A stretch of DNA of 64,000 nt from Balanoglossus misakiensis (lineage: Eukaryota > Animalia > Hemichordata). The position numbers and the translations under genes are program-made. Below the pieces are notes generated by a model. It saw nothing but the letters and a program-made list of their open reading frames with translations. It was not told the origin of the DNA and did no database searches. Location of the stretch: the NCBI GenBank assembly GCA_040954595.2, contig CM082578.2, positions 5,500,831 to 5,564,830 on the forward strand, read 5' to 3'. Of the stretch, positions 28,101 through 39,849 are shown piece by piece. The first letter of the stretch is position 1, and each line of letters starts with the position of its first letter.

Positions 28101-28875
28101 TAATAACGAACACGCCATTGCCAAACATGTGCAAACAGATTGATGAAATGCAACGCCATATAGGTGCGCACAAAAATCTGTCTCTAACTCTTTTCCCTTT
28201 TATAACATGAACCTTATAATATTCCGTATCACGCACCGCAATTTTGCACGAGAGGGTCACACATACTTGGTTTCAGCTATAACTGACTCTGATTTCAGAG
28301 AACCGAGAGTAAAGATGCCGATGATGTGTGCAGGAATACAGACGACTAATTGGTTTCTTCTATGTTCCCGCCATACCATTGTGTCGGTAGTGCGTATTAG
28401 CATCCCGACCATCCGACCTCTGCTACTTATCAGGTTTCGGCAAACTACAAAAAGACGAGACCGGGATGTTATTTCATCGCGTTCTCTTTGTTACCAGGGT
28501 GATTATTCAATTGTTAATGGAAGACATCACTGATAGATAATCCGAGGATGAGCCACGTTGCGAGATCAATGTTCACGGCACGTTTCGTCAAACGCAGTGC
28601 AGATATTGCTGATACAAATTCATAAATGACAAAACGCCATAAAATTAACATACTTAGCAGTTTGATGAAGGCACTGGATTATTATGTGTAGCAAGTTTTT
28701 TACCATTTTGATTCAGTCATTCATTAGGATTACTATCGACATGTATACAAACACTCTTTGTTTCATGTACAGTTGTATACCCATTTTCTATACTATCACC
28801 AATCACCAGTATCATACGCATGCACTTGCCGTCTGTTTCTCTCACATGTGGTGTGTTCACTGTGTACATACATGT

Positions 28876-29182
28876 TTATAACACACCATGCAGCGAACCC
28901 TCGATCGTGATTCGTCAATACGACGTCACGCGACCTTAGTCATTTCGAACTGTTGCCTGGGGCATCAGTTCGATCGGTTTGGTGTGTTATAAAACACATG
29001 ATGGCTGACATATTCGGGCAACAGTGTATTTTTAATGACCTCGGGACTGCCAGTCACACCAAAACAGTCTGTTTCCCCTCGGGCTATGCCCTCGGGAAAA
29101 CAAGAATGTTTTAGTTGTGACTAGCAGCACCCTCGGTCATCAAAATGCACTGTTGCCCTCATTGTCAGTCATCATGTGTATA
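28876..29182. mobile_element. Double-hairpin MITE, family B, copy 1
   Basis: Module 1: TTATAACACACCA (28876) / TGGTGTGTTATAA (28980-28992). Module 2: ACACATGATGGCTGACA (28994) / TGTCAGTCATCATGTGT (to 29179), with centre CCCTCGGGCTATGCCCTCGGG. A reverse-complement copy lies at 50809-51155. Confidence 0.8.
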
Positions 29183-30039
29183 ATATCACATATGCCGTGT
29201 ATTATTTACAGCATGAACATATGGCATCTGCTACGTTGTATTTGCACCTCTGGACCGAACATTTGAGAAATAACAAACAGCAGCAAACGTTCAAATGGCA
29301 TTATTTTATCAAAGCCCACTTTATGCAACGAGGTAATGCTGTGGTGATTTCGATTGTCCATGTACCACAAGCAGTATAGAATAACTGCCAATATTCAAGT
29401 AGTAATGCGCAAACGAACACGATATTGTTTCACAATATTATGAAATGGAAATAAACAGATAGATGTATTTGCAGTCGTTGTTAATGTACGTCATGTATGA
29501 TCAATAAAGCTCTTGAGTAAACCTAACGTCCCGATGAGGTTTTATCTGACACTCGTGTATTACAGGGAAAATTAATTGAGTGTCCGGTTTTGATTTCTGG
29601 GTTTGACAACTTTCTTTATCGCTGGCCAGTACAGAAGTCAAACATTGTAGCAAGTTGAATTCCAAAGGGAGCGTACGCATATTGTCTCTGCAATCCATCG
29701 CTTCACTGCACACGTTCACACAATCAGACTTCGCACGCAATTTGTATTTAAACTTTTCATGCTTTTTTAAATAATCCTTCAAACGTTGAACAAGAAAATT
29801 CCAGTGGTGGTTCAAGTTAAATAGTTTGATTTGTGACCGATAATAAACTGAGTAATAATATACAGACGCCATGAAAAGAAATGGAAGTTGAACTTCCATA
29901 TTGTCCACCCACATGACCAAAGTACAACGCTTTCCCAACGCTGAACTCAAAACAATCAACATGACTGAACTTTAGATGTAAATCGTATCATGATTGCCGA
30001 TGTTTCAGATTATTCATCTACTACTATATAGCCAGTGTT

Positions 30040-30350
30040 TCCGTCAAATATTTTTCTGCATCTTGGGGCAAGTAATTTCTCTGACGGCATCATATACAGC
30101 GACAGACAGTTTGGCATGAAGGAGTCTTTCACTTTACTGACAGTGTTCGACGGGGTTCAGATCGAGAGAATATGCCTCGGTCATCCAACTTGAACTTTTT
30201 GCTGACAGATGCTAAAGTACCCCTTGGAATATATCCTGTATTTTTGTCGGCTCCATTTTCTTCAAGTTCAGACAAAGAAAGTGCTCGCAGATCTCTACTC
30301 AACGAATGTCCACGTTGAAATTGCCTACCTTTGATTGATTTATGAAACAT
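30040..30350 (-). pseudogene. Internally deleted DD37E transposase (probable N-terminus joined to C-terminal motif)
   Basis: ATG at 30350: MFHKSIKGRQFQRGHSLSRDLRAL...GYIPRGTLASVSKKFKL, HTH-like. It is joined at ~30177 to AYSLDLNPVEHC...LLHAKLSVAVYDAVREIT in another frame. Confidence 0.6.
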
Positions 30351-30727
30351 TTTGGCGCTCTCACTCATCAGAATTGTTGACTGCAATCATGGACATGCTG
30401 CAATGGAAGAAACCAAACCAGCAGAGAGAGCCATACCCATCGTTTTTCTTTCATTGAAACGTTCAATATTACGCGAGTAATCATGGTGGCCTATTATTTG
30501 GTGAATTTTTGCAAAATATTGACTAGTTCTCCAAATTTTGCAAACTCTTCCGATAAGATGAGTAAGAAATGCAAGTGTGAGAATGTACGCTCGCGGCCCA
30601 TACCCCTCATTAAAAATAGTCGATCTCTGGCGAAGAAAAGTCGATACTTTTATGCAAATATTGTGCCAAGAAGGCGGAAACTTGAAAGTTGGCCGCGACG
30701 TAAACAGTACCTGCAAGTTCCCGCGAA

Positions 30728-31243
30728 ATGAACACACCCAGAGCAAGTTCGGTTGATGTTGAAGACTTTCTTCGAAATATTGATCCAATGCTTGAAAAAT
30801 ATGCCAGTGATTTTCGTCGGTTGGATTTTGTGAACACAACTCATATGAAATTTCTGGAACCAAGAGATCTGGAGAAGTTCACGTGCAAAGTTAGTGATGT
30901 TCACCGGAGAATGTTGCAAAACTACAAACACCCAGTTCAAAACTGGGTTTGCGGGATGAAAAAAGCCCAAAGGCGCACGAAGGACTTTAAGAAACAAGGT
31001 GACATCGTGATTGCTGACAATGCTCCGATACATCACCACGAAGGCGAACTGATTCTCTCAAACTGGTTGGAAACTCTTGGAATGGAATACACTTTCACTC
31101 CGGCATATTCTCCCGATCTGAATCCCGTCGAACACTGTTTCGGTAAAGTGAAAAAACTCTTGAAAGCAGAACGATTTCGCGGTCTCCTTCATGCCAAACT
31201 GTCTGTCGCTGTATATGATGACGTCAGGGAAATCACTTGCTAA
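30728..31243 (+). pseudogene. Chimeric ORF: SAM-like N-terminus fused to the C-terminal half of a DD37E transposase
   Basis: DNAPIH...PAYSPDLNPVEHCF with 37 residues between D and E; the first catalytic D is absent. The N-terminus VEDFLRNIDPMLEKYASDFRRLDFVNTTHMKFLEPRDLEKF has a SAM-like hydrophobic pattern. Confidence 0.7.
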
Positions 31244-32808
31244 GATACAGCAACATATTTGACGGAAACACTGGCTATATAATAGTAGATGAATAATCTG
31301 AAACATCGGCAGTCATGATACGATTTAAAGTTCAGTCATGTTGATTGTTTTGAGTTCAGGGTTGGGAAAGCGTTGTACTTTGTCAAGCGGGTGGACAATG
31401 TGGAAGTTCAACTTCCATTTCTTTTCATGGCGTCTGTATTCTCAGTTTATTATCGGTCACAAATCAACTATTTAACATGAACTACCACTGGAATTTTCTT
31501 GTTCAACGTTTGAAGGTTTATAAAAAAAAAGCATGAAAGTTTAAAAACATTGCATGCGAAGTCTGATTGTGTGTACGTGTGCAGTGAAGCGATGGATTGC
31601 AGAGACAATATGCGTACGCTCCCTTTGGAATTCAACTTGCTACAATGTTTGACTTCTGTACTTGCCAGCGATAAAGAAAGTCGTCAAACCCAGAAATCAA
31701 AACCGGACACTCAATTAATTTTCCCTGTAGTTTCATTGGCAATTTACTAGTTTGTCATATTGCAGAGTCTCTCCACGGACCGAGGTCTGATTTATCACTA
31801 ATGTTACGCTCATGTTTTATTCATTATCACATCCGAATAGTTAGCACATGTCGTGTACTTTTCAACATGTTTGTATGTTATGTTCACATGCTCCGTTTTG
31901 TGTTCATTGCCTGTACATGTATGCTACCATTTCACGTTTTCATAGACTAGGTCAGAAACAGAAAATTAGCATGTGCCTGATATAAAAATAGCTTGCTCAG
32001 TGGGCGATATTTCATTTGTGTTATTTTCATACACCAAATACAATAAAATGGCAGAGGATTGGAAAAGTATATACAAATGCCCCAAACACATTACGGCCCC
32101 TTAACTGGGCAATTATGCGATGGGTATGAAATGAAACGTTCATATCTTAAATTCTTTCCCGCCAAACTTTGTTTAATACTTGCATTAAAATGCTCTAGTT
32201 CTGTTCTGATTTATATTCAAAATTTATACCAGTAATGATTCTTAATCTTATGATGTTGTACATCACGGAGCACTAATCGGCATTCATATTTAGATTTGCC
32301 ATTGTGTGTGCCCACAACTGTTTCACCATACATGTATATTCAAGGTTAAAATACTGTTTCACCATATATTCAAGGTTAAAATAAACATCAATATCATAAT
32401 AATGCTTCTTAACAGCTGTCGTCACGTGTGACCAACGGCAGTACCGAAATAAACATGTTTTTATGTCCACATTTGTGTAAGTTGTGAACATTGTATTGAT
32501 TGTTGACCCGATGCAACAGCTGTCAAGTTGAAAAAAATCGGTAGAAGTACTCGCCTTAGAAAAGACGAAAATAATGATATGCCGGTTTAAATAAAGGTAC
32601 GTATTTTCGAAAGAGCTGCCACCTGTAACCCCATTGTATAAACAGAGGGAATTCCTTGCGGTTGTTCATTACAATTGCATGAAATCCATTCACTGGGATA
32701 CGGGAGTGACAATGATTAATAGCAACATATATATGACAAGCTTCACTGAGACAAATTAACTGCAACCGCGAGGTTTAGAATTACATTTTATAAACCCACA
32801 TCAATGCC

Positions 32809-32996
32809 GTGTTGTGTTGTGTTGTGTTGTGTTGTGTTGTGTTGTGTTGTGTTGTGTTGTGTTGTGTTGTGTTGTGTTGTGTTGTGTTGTGTTGTGTTGT
32901 GTTGTGTTGTGTTGAGTTGTGTTGTGTTGTGTTGTGTTGTGTTGTGTTGTGTTGTGTTGTGTTGTGTTGTGTTGTGTTGTGTTGTGTTGTGTTGTG
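32809..32996. repeat. (GTGTT)n pentanucleotide microsatellite
   Basis: About 37 near-perfect copies with one substitution. Confidence 0.98.
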
Positions 32997-34379
32997 CAGT
33001 GCTGTGCTTTCTGTGTTGAATGAGAAGTAGGGCAGCCGTCGATGGGCGACATGAGGCTCAGACGCCCATGCCAATTGGAAAAGCCACCACACATCTCTCT
33101 TGGTGAAAGCAAATGATAACCGAGTGGTTGGATATGACCCATTTCCACACTTTACCGCGGTGTTGTATATGATTAGCTTATAATACAGTAAGGCATTAGC
33201 GGTACATTAGGTAATGTAAGACGTGTGAGCAATTTCGAGAAAGTTCATTGTAATGCTGTTCATACGATTTAAAGTCGAAAAACTAATTGAAGAGCAGCCG
33301 TACAATTCTAATGATTTTTTTCAACTGGGTACAGTCGTAAATAAACACTTAAACTCGCTGGATTACGAATCGTTAACTATGCTGAATCGTCAGCTAAGTA
33401 ATGTGTAATTACCTCTTGTTACATGTATAAGGTAAACGGTCGTGATGTAAACTGAGATGGGCGTCGTAAAACCGCAGTAAATTGGGTACCCGCAGATGAA
33501 TTCTTTATGGTAATTCGTGAGTGGATTCTGAATATGTTTGATATGAGCGTGACAGTTGTGGTTCTTTGATCGACAGCAATTGGCATAGTTATTCGCGTAA
33601 TGACTGAAAGGTAACCTCTAACAATGTTGAATTTGGTCAAGGTTATCTACAGACGGTAACTATCTATATGTGAGACAGACCGTTGTTGGTTCTAGCTGAA
33701 GATGATTTAAGCAACAGATGGTTCTCGTAACCCTGCAGACAAGCGGTTGCTTTGAAATTGCTCGCAACACTGCAACAAGCTGAATGTCTACAAGTCATGG
33801 ATGCAGGCACCATCCTCCAAAATTGACATTGTCATAAACGAGCTCCTTCGGAAAGGAAAACATAAACGTCTGTAAATATGTTTTGCGCCTGCGCGGTGTT
33901 GTTATCCAGGCGTTGCCAAGTGCTACAAAGGAAACCCTTCAGTTAAGGAGTCACCAGAAAAGCCATGTGCTTCCCGTTTCTGTCAAAGAATGTACCCGTT
34001 CTATGTCTTACTCAAAGTAAAAGAATGGAAACCAAAGCAAGGGCCCCTATTTGAGATCACACTATATCTAGAACTCACAATACTAGTATGTATAGCATGT
34101 ATGTAATATAGTAAAATATCAGAATAGGGCAGGATAAGATGGCCAACGATATAGAATCCGCAAACGAAATTATTTTCTGTAATGCAGGCGAAAACAATTG
34201 CACAAAAGCGCCGGATGCAGTAGGAGGTAATGGAATTGCTAACGTGTGGAAAAACTCTCCAGTGAGATGTTCAATTCTGTGACGTCTTTGTCCCGCGGAA
34301 CGGAAATTGATGAACAAAAGAATTATGTCAGTTTCACTCTGATGTGTATGTAACTGATTGATTTGTCAATGTTACCGGG

Positions 34380-34720
34380 GACGAAGTGCTCTCTGCTATT
34401 CAAGACTTATCAGCAGGGGAATCAGCTGGCGTTGATCTAATTACATCTAATCTCTGGAAATCCGCACATTCAATTCCTTTGACTTGTACTGATTCTTTGT
34501 ATTTTTATGCTACCATTATTCATGGTCATCAGCCACCAAAGCAATCTTATTCCCCAGGACGAGACACAACTTTTGGATGATGCAGGCTATTACCATCCAA
34601 TTGCACTAGCGAGAAGGTTGTCTGAAGTCTTTGAGCATATACTGTCATCTTGTGTGAGGACTCCATTACTTCTCACAGTCTACGGTTTTTGTTTTAAGCA
34701 AGAAAACACCACGTTCCTTT
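34380..34720 (+). mobile_element. Highly decayed non-LTR retrotransposon RT-region fragment
   Basis: VLSAIQDLSAGESAGVDLIT...YHPIALARRLSEVFEHIL...YGF resembles the LINE ORF2 motifs K.S.G.D.I, YRPI.L...SK.FE and Q.GF. Confidence 0.6.
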
Positions 34721-36695
34721 ATTTATACTTTGTCAGAGTGAGTTTCCGTTTCAAACTAAGGCACGGTTGGCTCTCTTCTTGTCTCGTTGATGTCAACATT
34801 GACAATTTCATCAATAAGAGTCGGAAACGTTGGAAATGTTTGACTAACAAATTGAAGTGGATATTTCAACCTTTCTTTAAAAGAAAGTTTGATGGCCGTT
34901 CACATTACTCTGTTTTACGATAGTATTTCCTATCAAAAGTTCCAGTATAGTCACGAACCGACACGTTTGAAAGTCTTTTCCACTGTATTGCTACATTCAG
35001 CTGGTACAAGTTAACTTCTTGCATAATGATCCCATTTGAATCGTGATTATCACCCAGAGGCATGCTGCAAAGCCGTTATAAATAATTGGCACACAATAAA
35101 AAAAAATTAAGTGTTACTAGTACAGGTGTAATTTCAAAGGCGATACTCACAAACACAATCCTCTTCTGAACACATGATTCAACTTACAAATTCTTCTCTT
35201 AAAATGGTTGTTTCGAGGTATATTTATATGTCTCACAAAAATTTCATTTTCCCTGAAAACTAAATCCACACAATTAGAAGGCAGTAAGAATAGCAGGTTT
35301 AAAAGTAAAAACGTACGATCTTAGAAAAAAATGGTAGGTAAAGAATTCAACTATTTTGCAGAAAGACATTCCACCTATCTTGCAAACTTATTAATCAGGG
35401 TTATTGCAGAGAAAAGAATTGTTTCTACATTCAAACGCGTTTTGGCAGATGCAATGAGCTAGTGGATAAGTATCCATGAAGCAAATGCAAGATCGCTGAT
35501 ATGGTATCAGCCACGTTTGTATTTAATGTGTGACTGCATGCTCTCTATTTTGAATTCGATATTGATATATAGCAGGTGGAACATGTAGGGCAGTGTACGC
35601 TTAATATTTTCGAAACAATTGGTCCTTTTTGCCGGAAGTCTATATATATGACTTTCACGGACTTGATTATATTCTGTGTGTTTTGTTAATTGTCTATGCT
35701 GTGCTGTAGCGTTTTGTGACTTTGTCTTTGCAACTGGTCATGTACTAGTAAATGTTGTATGTCTGACCTATCAACTTTGGAATATGGATGGGAATGGCCG
35801 CAAATATTCACCTCATTAAGTGATATCGTGTGAGATTGTGGTCAATAAACGTACAATGTACGTGATACGATTTATTAATGACGTAATACAAAATTATATG
35901 AGGAAACGGAAAATGACATTTTGTACAAAACACTCATCCTATACTGAACAGATTGAGTTCTCGCAAACATTATTGTGTTGCAATAAGGTAAGCTGACTCG
36001 TTAAATAGATAGACTTTCTTTGTACGTGACAGTTGTAAGTAATATGCATTAACCAACTTGATAACTTCAAGTGTGGACATGTACATCTATATACAGTGTA
36101 TATATGATGCATTTCACTCAGGGGAGAATCTTCACGAAACGTTATGAATGAATGAAAATCTATGGGTCCCAGAGTTGATTGCGAAGACCTATCGCGTATC
36201 ATATCGTATACCAACTCTTGAAGAAGGAAAGGGTTGGCGTGCCCTACATGCACATTTGTAATTGTGAACAATGGTATATGGGAGCTGTGGGTCCCATCAA
36301 TCAGCGACCATATGCAGTATTCAGGATCAAATTGCCCTTAATGAAAAGTATTGCCCTACCCAACTACACGGGGATTTTTCGAGCTAACCATGCGTCACGT
36401 TAAATTTCCATATCATAAGGGATCGAGATCTGCACGGCGATTTTCATCTGATTTCCCGCTCGTTTTTCCGACAGGTTGGTTTGACTCGTTATACTTATCT
36501 AAAGAAAGTACGTCTCATTGAAAAACGCTATCGACCATCAAGATCGGTTCCCACATAAAACAAAATTGACATGCCTACGTGACACTATTATTTTTTGTAT
36601 GTTGTGCCAATGGAACATTCTATGTTAGTATCTGCCTTTGACTCAACGAACATAACTTGGTTCATATCGCCCGAACCCCCTTCCTCATAAAAGGC

Positions 36696-36940
36696 TTTAT
36701 AATATACCTCATGCTAATACTGTGTCGTGATTCGCCAGAATCTGTCACGTGATAGGAAAATAGAATCGACTATGAATCCCTAGGGAAATAGCAGAAAAAA
36801 TATAAACCGGTCACGTGACCAACGTGGATGAGGTTTATTATAAAACACCTATGGCCTGGCTTATATTCAGACCATAGCAGCCGTTTTTACCCCTTCGTGA
36901 CTGTGAGTTACCAGAATCATATGCTATTTCCCTCGGCCGG
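36696..36940. mobile_element. Truncated double-hairpin-type MITE
   Basis: TTTATAATATACCTCAT (36696) / ATGAGGTTTATTATAAA (to 36844) enclosing GTCACGTG motifs, followed by a half second module ending near CCCTCGGCC. Confidence 0.45.
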
Positions 36941-37325
36941 ATATTTGAATTCACTCTGTACTGCGTATTCGGCCGGGTTTTGAGTAAACTAACCCTAAAA
37001 ATCAAAATTCAGAACCTCGGCTTAATAACTTTTTAAAAATATATGGTTCGCATGTGCTGGTACATTGTCTTTGTGGGGGAAATACACAGCGCGGGTAGAA
37101 TGCAGCGCCACCTTAAGTCGTTCGTTTTTGTTATGGGCGTATCTGCATACTATCGTTCAGTCACCCTAGCGCCTGTCACACAAATGTAAAAGCAATGGAA
37201 TAGCGCACATCACTGTATGCGCTCGTTGCTGTTGAACAGCCGTGGCAGACGAGTTGGCGACACTATAAACGTTGGGAAACACTGGAGGTTTGGAGAACAG
37301 CAGCGCCGGATCAATAGGAACCAGA

Positions 37326-38309
37326 ATGCAGATCACCGGCAATGAAACCGACAGACTTAACGACACCAGCGGGTTCTGTGAATTCGACTTTCAGCCGTAC
37401 TTTGTGGTGGGTGTGACGATCACAACGTTTGGTATAATAGGAAACTTGGCTTTTCTGTTCGTTATCGTCCGTGTGCCCTCTATGAGGACAACGACCAACG
37501 CGTACTTGTTTAACTTGGCGATAGCCGATCTGATTCATCTGATAACCCACTTGCTCATGTGGATGTGTCGAATAGTGGAGGGAGAGGATTGTTTTCTGCG
37601 GGACTATTCGTGCCAAATGATCATTCCTTCCCGCGTCAGTCAGTACGTGTCCATGTTTACGGTGACGGTGTTGAGTATCGTGCGGTACCTCGCTCTGTGC
37701 AAACCCATATTCTACAGAGATGGCATCGTTAACAGGGCATACTGTGTCTGCTGGGTAATACTGATAATGTGGTTAGTCTCAACCCTTTTGCCGTTGGATG
37801 CCTCCCTTCGCTGCAACGAGGAAGCCGTTCGCGCTGATAACATCATCTTCGCTGTGCTGGTATTCAGTCTTATGATTATTGTATCGGTTTTCTATTTTCT
37901 AATAATCCGACGAATGAAACGTTCATCGCGGTCGGTTCGTGGTCGCGACAAGCAAGTGATAAGCGTGTGCCTGGCAACAGCGGTTATATACTTCCTAGGC
38001 ACAGCCCCACTGACGACGTTGGGTGTTGTTCGCCTTAGCTTTCCCTTTCCGCCGTGCTCCCTGAAGATAAAAATAGCCAACAATATTGGTGTTCATCTAC
38101 TGGAAGTCAACTCAGCTGTCAATCCGATAATTTATAACATCCTCAGCTCAAAATTTAGATTGGCATTCTTGTCGGCGTTTGGGTGCGTGTATCGCCGAAC
38201 TCCAAATTCTGACGTCACCTGCAGGAACAACCGTTCGTCACTAAACCAACTCAACACTCGCGACACAGCCGCGGGCGAGGGAGAGCTGCATCTTCAAAAA
38301 CTGAAATGA
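37326..38309 (+). CDS. Intronless orphan class A (rhodopsin-like) GPCR, peptide-receptor-like, ~327 aa
   Basis: Seven hydrophobic segments. GN in TM1, MRTTTNAYLFNLAIADL in ICL1/TM2, Cys before TM3, VRY at the DRY position, W in TM4, NSAVNPIIY in TM7, helix 8 SSKFR. N-glycosylation sites NET and NDT. First in-frame ATG at 37326. Confidence 0.92.
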   Translation: MQITGNETDRLNDTSGFCEFDFQPYFVVGVTITTFGIIGNLAFLFVIVRVPSMRTTTNAYLFNLAIADLIHLITHLLMWMCRIVEGEDCFLRDYSCQMIIPSRVSQYVSMFTVTVLSIVRYLALCKPIFYRDGIVNRAYCVCWVILIMWLVSTLLPLDASLRCNEEAVRADNIIFAVLVFSLMIIVSVFYFLIIRRMKRSSRSVRGRDKQVISVCLATAVIYFLGTAPLTTLGVVRLSFPFPPCSLKIKIANNIGVHLLEVNSAVNPIIYNILSSKFRLAFLSAFGCVYRRTPNSDVTCRNNRSSLNQLNTRDTAAGEGELHLQKLK

Positions 38310-39286
38310 AAGTATTGAGATAAGAAGTTCAACTCACTGATTTAATCCCACAGTTGTTGCTTCATGTTAGTGTTAGTATTTTCCGACTACACGTCCATCT
38401 TACAGTGACACGTGCACAACGAGCTGAGATGTGTCCCTTCACGAGGACAATGCAGATCAAATCATAGTCCTGGTGAGGTTCAAGAATGGAAGACAAACTG
38501 ACCAGGAACATTCACTCAAAGGAATTTTACAGCCCGTCATTATCTGCTTCTGCAAAACGCGACTAACAGTGAACGTTTCTTCAAGTCACCATGGCGACAA
38601 TGTCACATCTAATAGAACTTGAGCTTATTAATGGTATATGCCTGGCGCACAACAAGACTGTATTTGATAATGACTCGCTGGCGATTTTGTATGTTAATAG
38701 TATAAATTGTTAAATATTCGCACTTTTATACTTTGTGATCATAGCGGGTCAGTTTTTGTTTCAAGATGGCGCACAGAGATGGAGCATATCTTTGAAATAC
38801 TAATTGTTACGGTCTTGCATAATTAATTTGTAACCATAACCTTATGGCAAATGAGTTCAATGTCAGATCATTTTGTATCTGTAAATATTTTAGTCGTTTT
38901 TATCGCTTAAGACAAGAGAAATTATTCGTCTCGCATTTGTTTATCTCAGCAGATGGGCGTTATTAGACGCACGTTCCTACAGTAACTATATATCTTTTGG
39001 TATTTGGCTTCAACTGATTTTTTCTATATTCTCGTTCATAAGACATGCCAGGTTTTGAGCATAATTGTTCACTGCACTACATGCTTGGCTAATCTTTAAT
39101 ATATATGATTCCACTCCAATTATCACATTTTACAATATACTAATAAATCCACGGGTTTCTGCAAGTTGCCAAGCACGTTCTGAGACGAAACCTGTCCAAA
39201 AGCTACAATTTCCGGAACTATAATATTTCTTAGCTCAAGTACACAGTGAATGCGAGTTCATAAAACATAACTTTTATGTGGAACAC

Positions 39287-39585
39287 GCGCTCATCTCTTT
39301 TGGGCTACGCTCATCTACTTTTTGCAGAGTCATGCATGACAAATTTGTTAGAAAACAAACGGCGCTCATCTCTTTTGGGCTACGCTCATTTACTTTTTGC
39401 TGAGTCATGCATGACAAATTTGTTAGAAAACAAACGAAATTGCGATATTATAACCTGCCCACCAATACAGGTTATATGCCAGAAACGCGAGAGAAATATC
39501 GCTTTTTCCTTGTTTACTAACGTTTTTTCCACATATGACTCAGCAAAAAAGTAAATGAGCATAGCCTAAAACAAGTCAGCGCTTG
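39287..39585. repeat. MITE-like element whose left end is tandemly duplicated (75-bp period)
   Basis: Direct repeats at 39287-39361 and 39362-39436. An inverted copy of the first ~45 bp lies at ~39537-39583. Confidence 0.7.
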
Positions 39586-39849
39586 TTGACCGTAGCTGCT
39601 GCAATATTTAGAGATTTTTTATCGGGTGATTTTATGTTGATTTGTCTCAAGTATGTTCGGATTTCACTGAACGATGGCGAACCTGCAAGGCCATTCTGGC
39701 GAAACGACCTTAGGTTTTTTATATAGTGAAACATGCTGGTCTTAATTCATGTAGTTTACGATGGCCAGTTCGACATTGATGCTATTTGAACACGCGCTTT
39801 GCAACTGCTGGTATCACGTTTCATTATGTATGCATTGAGTTAACGTTGG

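Larger units (their letters stand above)
29563..31727. mobile_element. Tc1/IS630-superfamily (DD37E) derived element with ~600-bp inverted arms and TA TSD
   Basis: TA|CAGGGAAAATTAATTGAGTGTCCGG ... CCGGACACTCAATTAATTTTCCCTG|TA. Arms 29563-30176 and 31102-31727 are diverged inverted copies, both including the transposase C-terminal coding region. Confidence 0.9.

Noticed and set aside
29501-31750. Two ORFs sharing AKSDCV...KPDTQLIFPV as a duplicated gene
   Set aside because: Both read through the inverted arms into the TIR and out of the element; no recognisable domain.
32781-33148. ORFs encoding (TTQHN)n and (CCVVL)n
   Set aside because: They are translations of the (GTGTT)n microsatellite, not genes.
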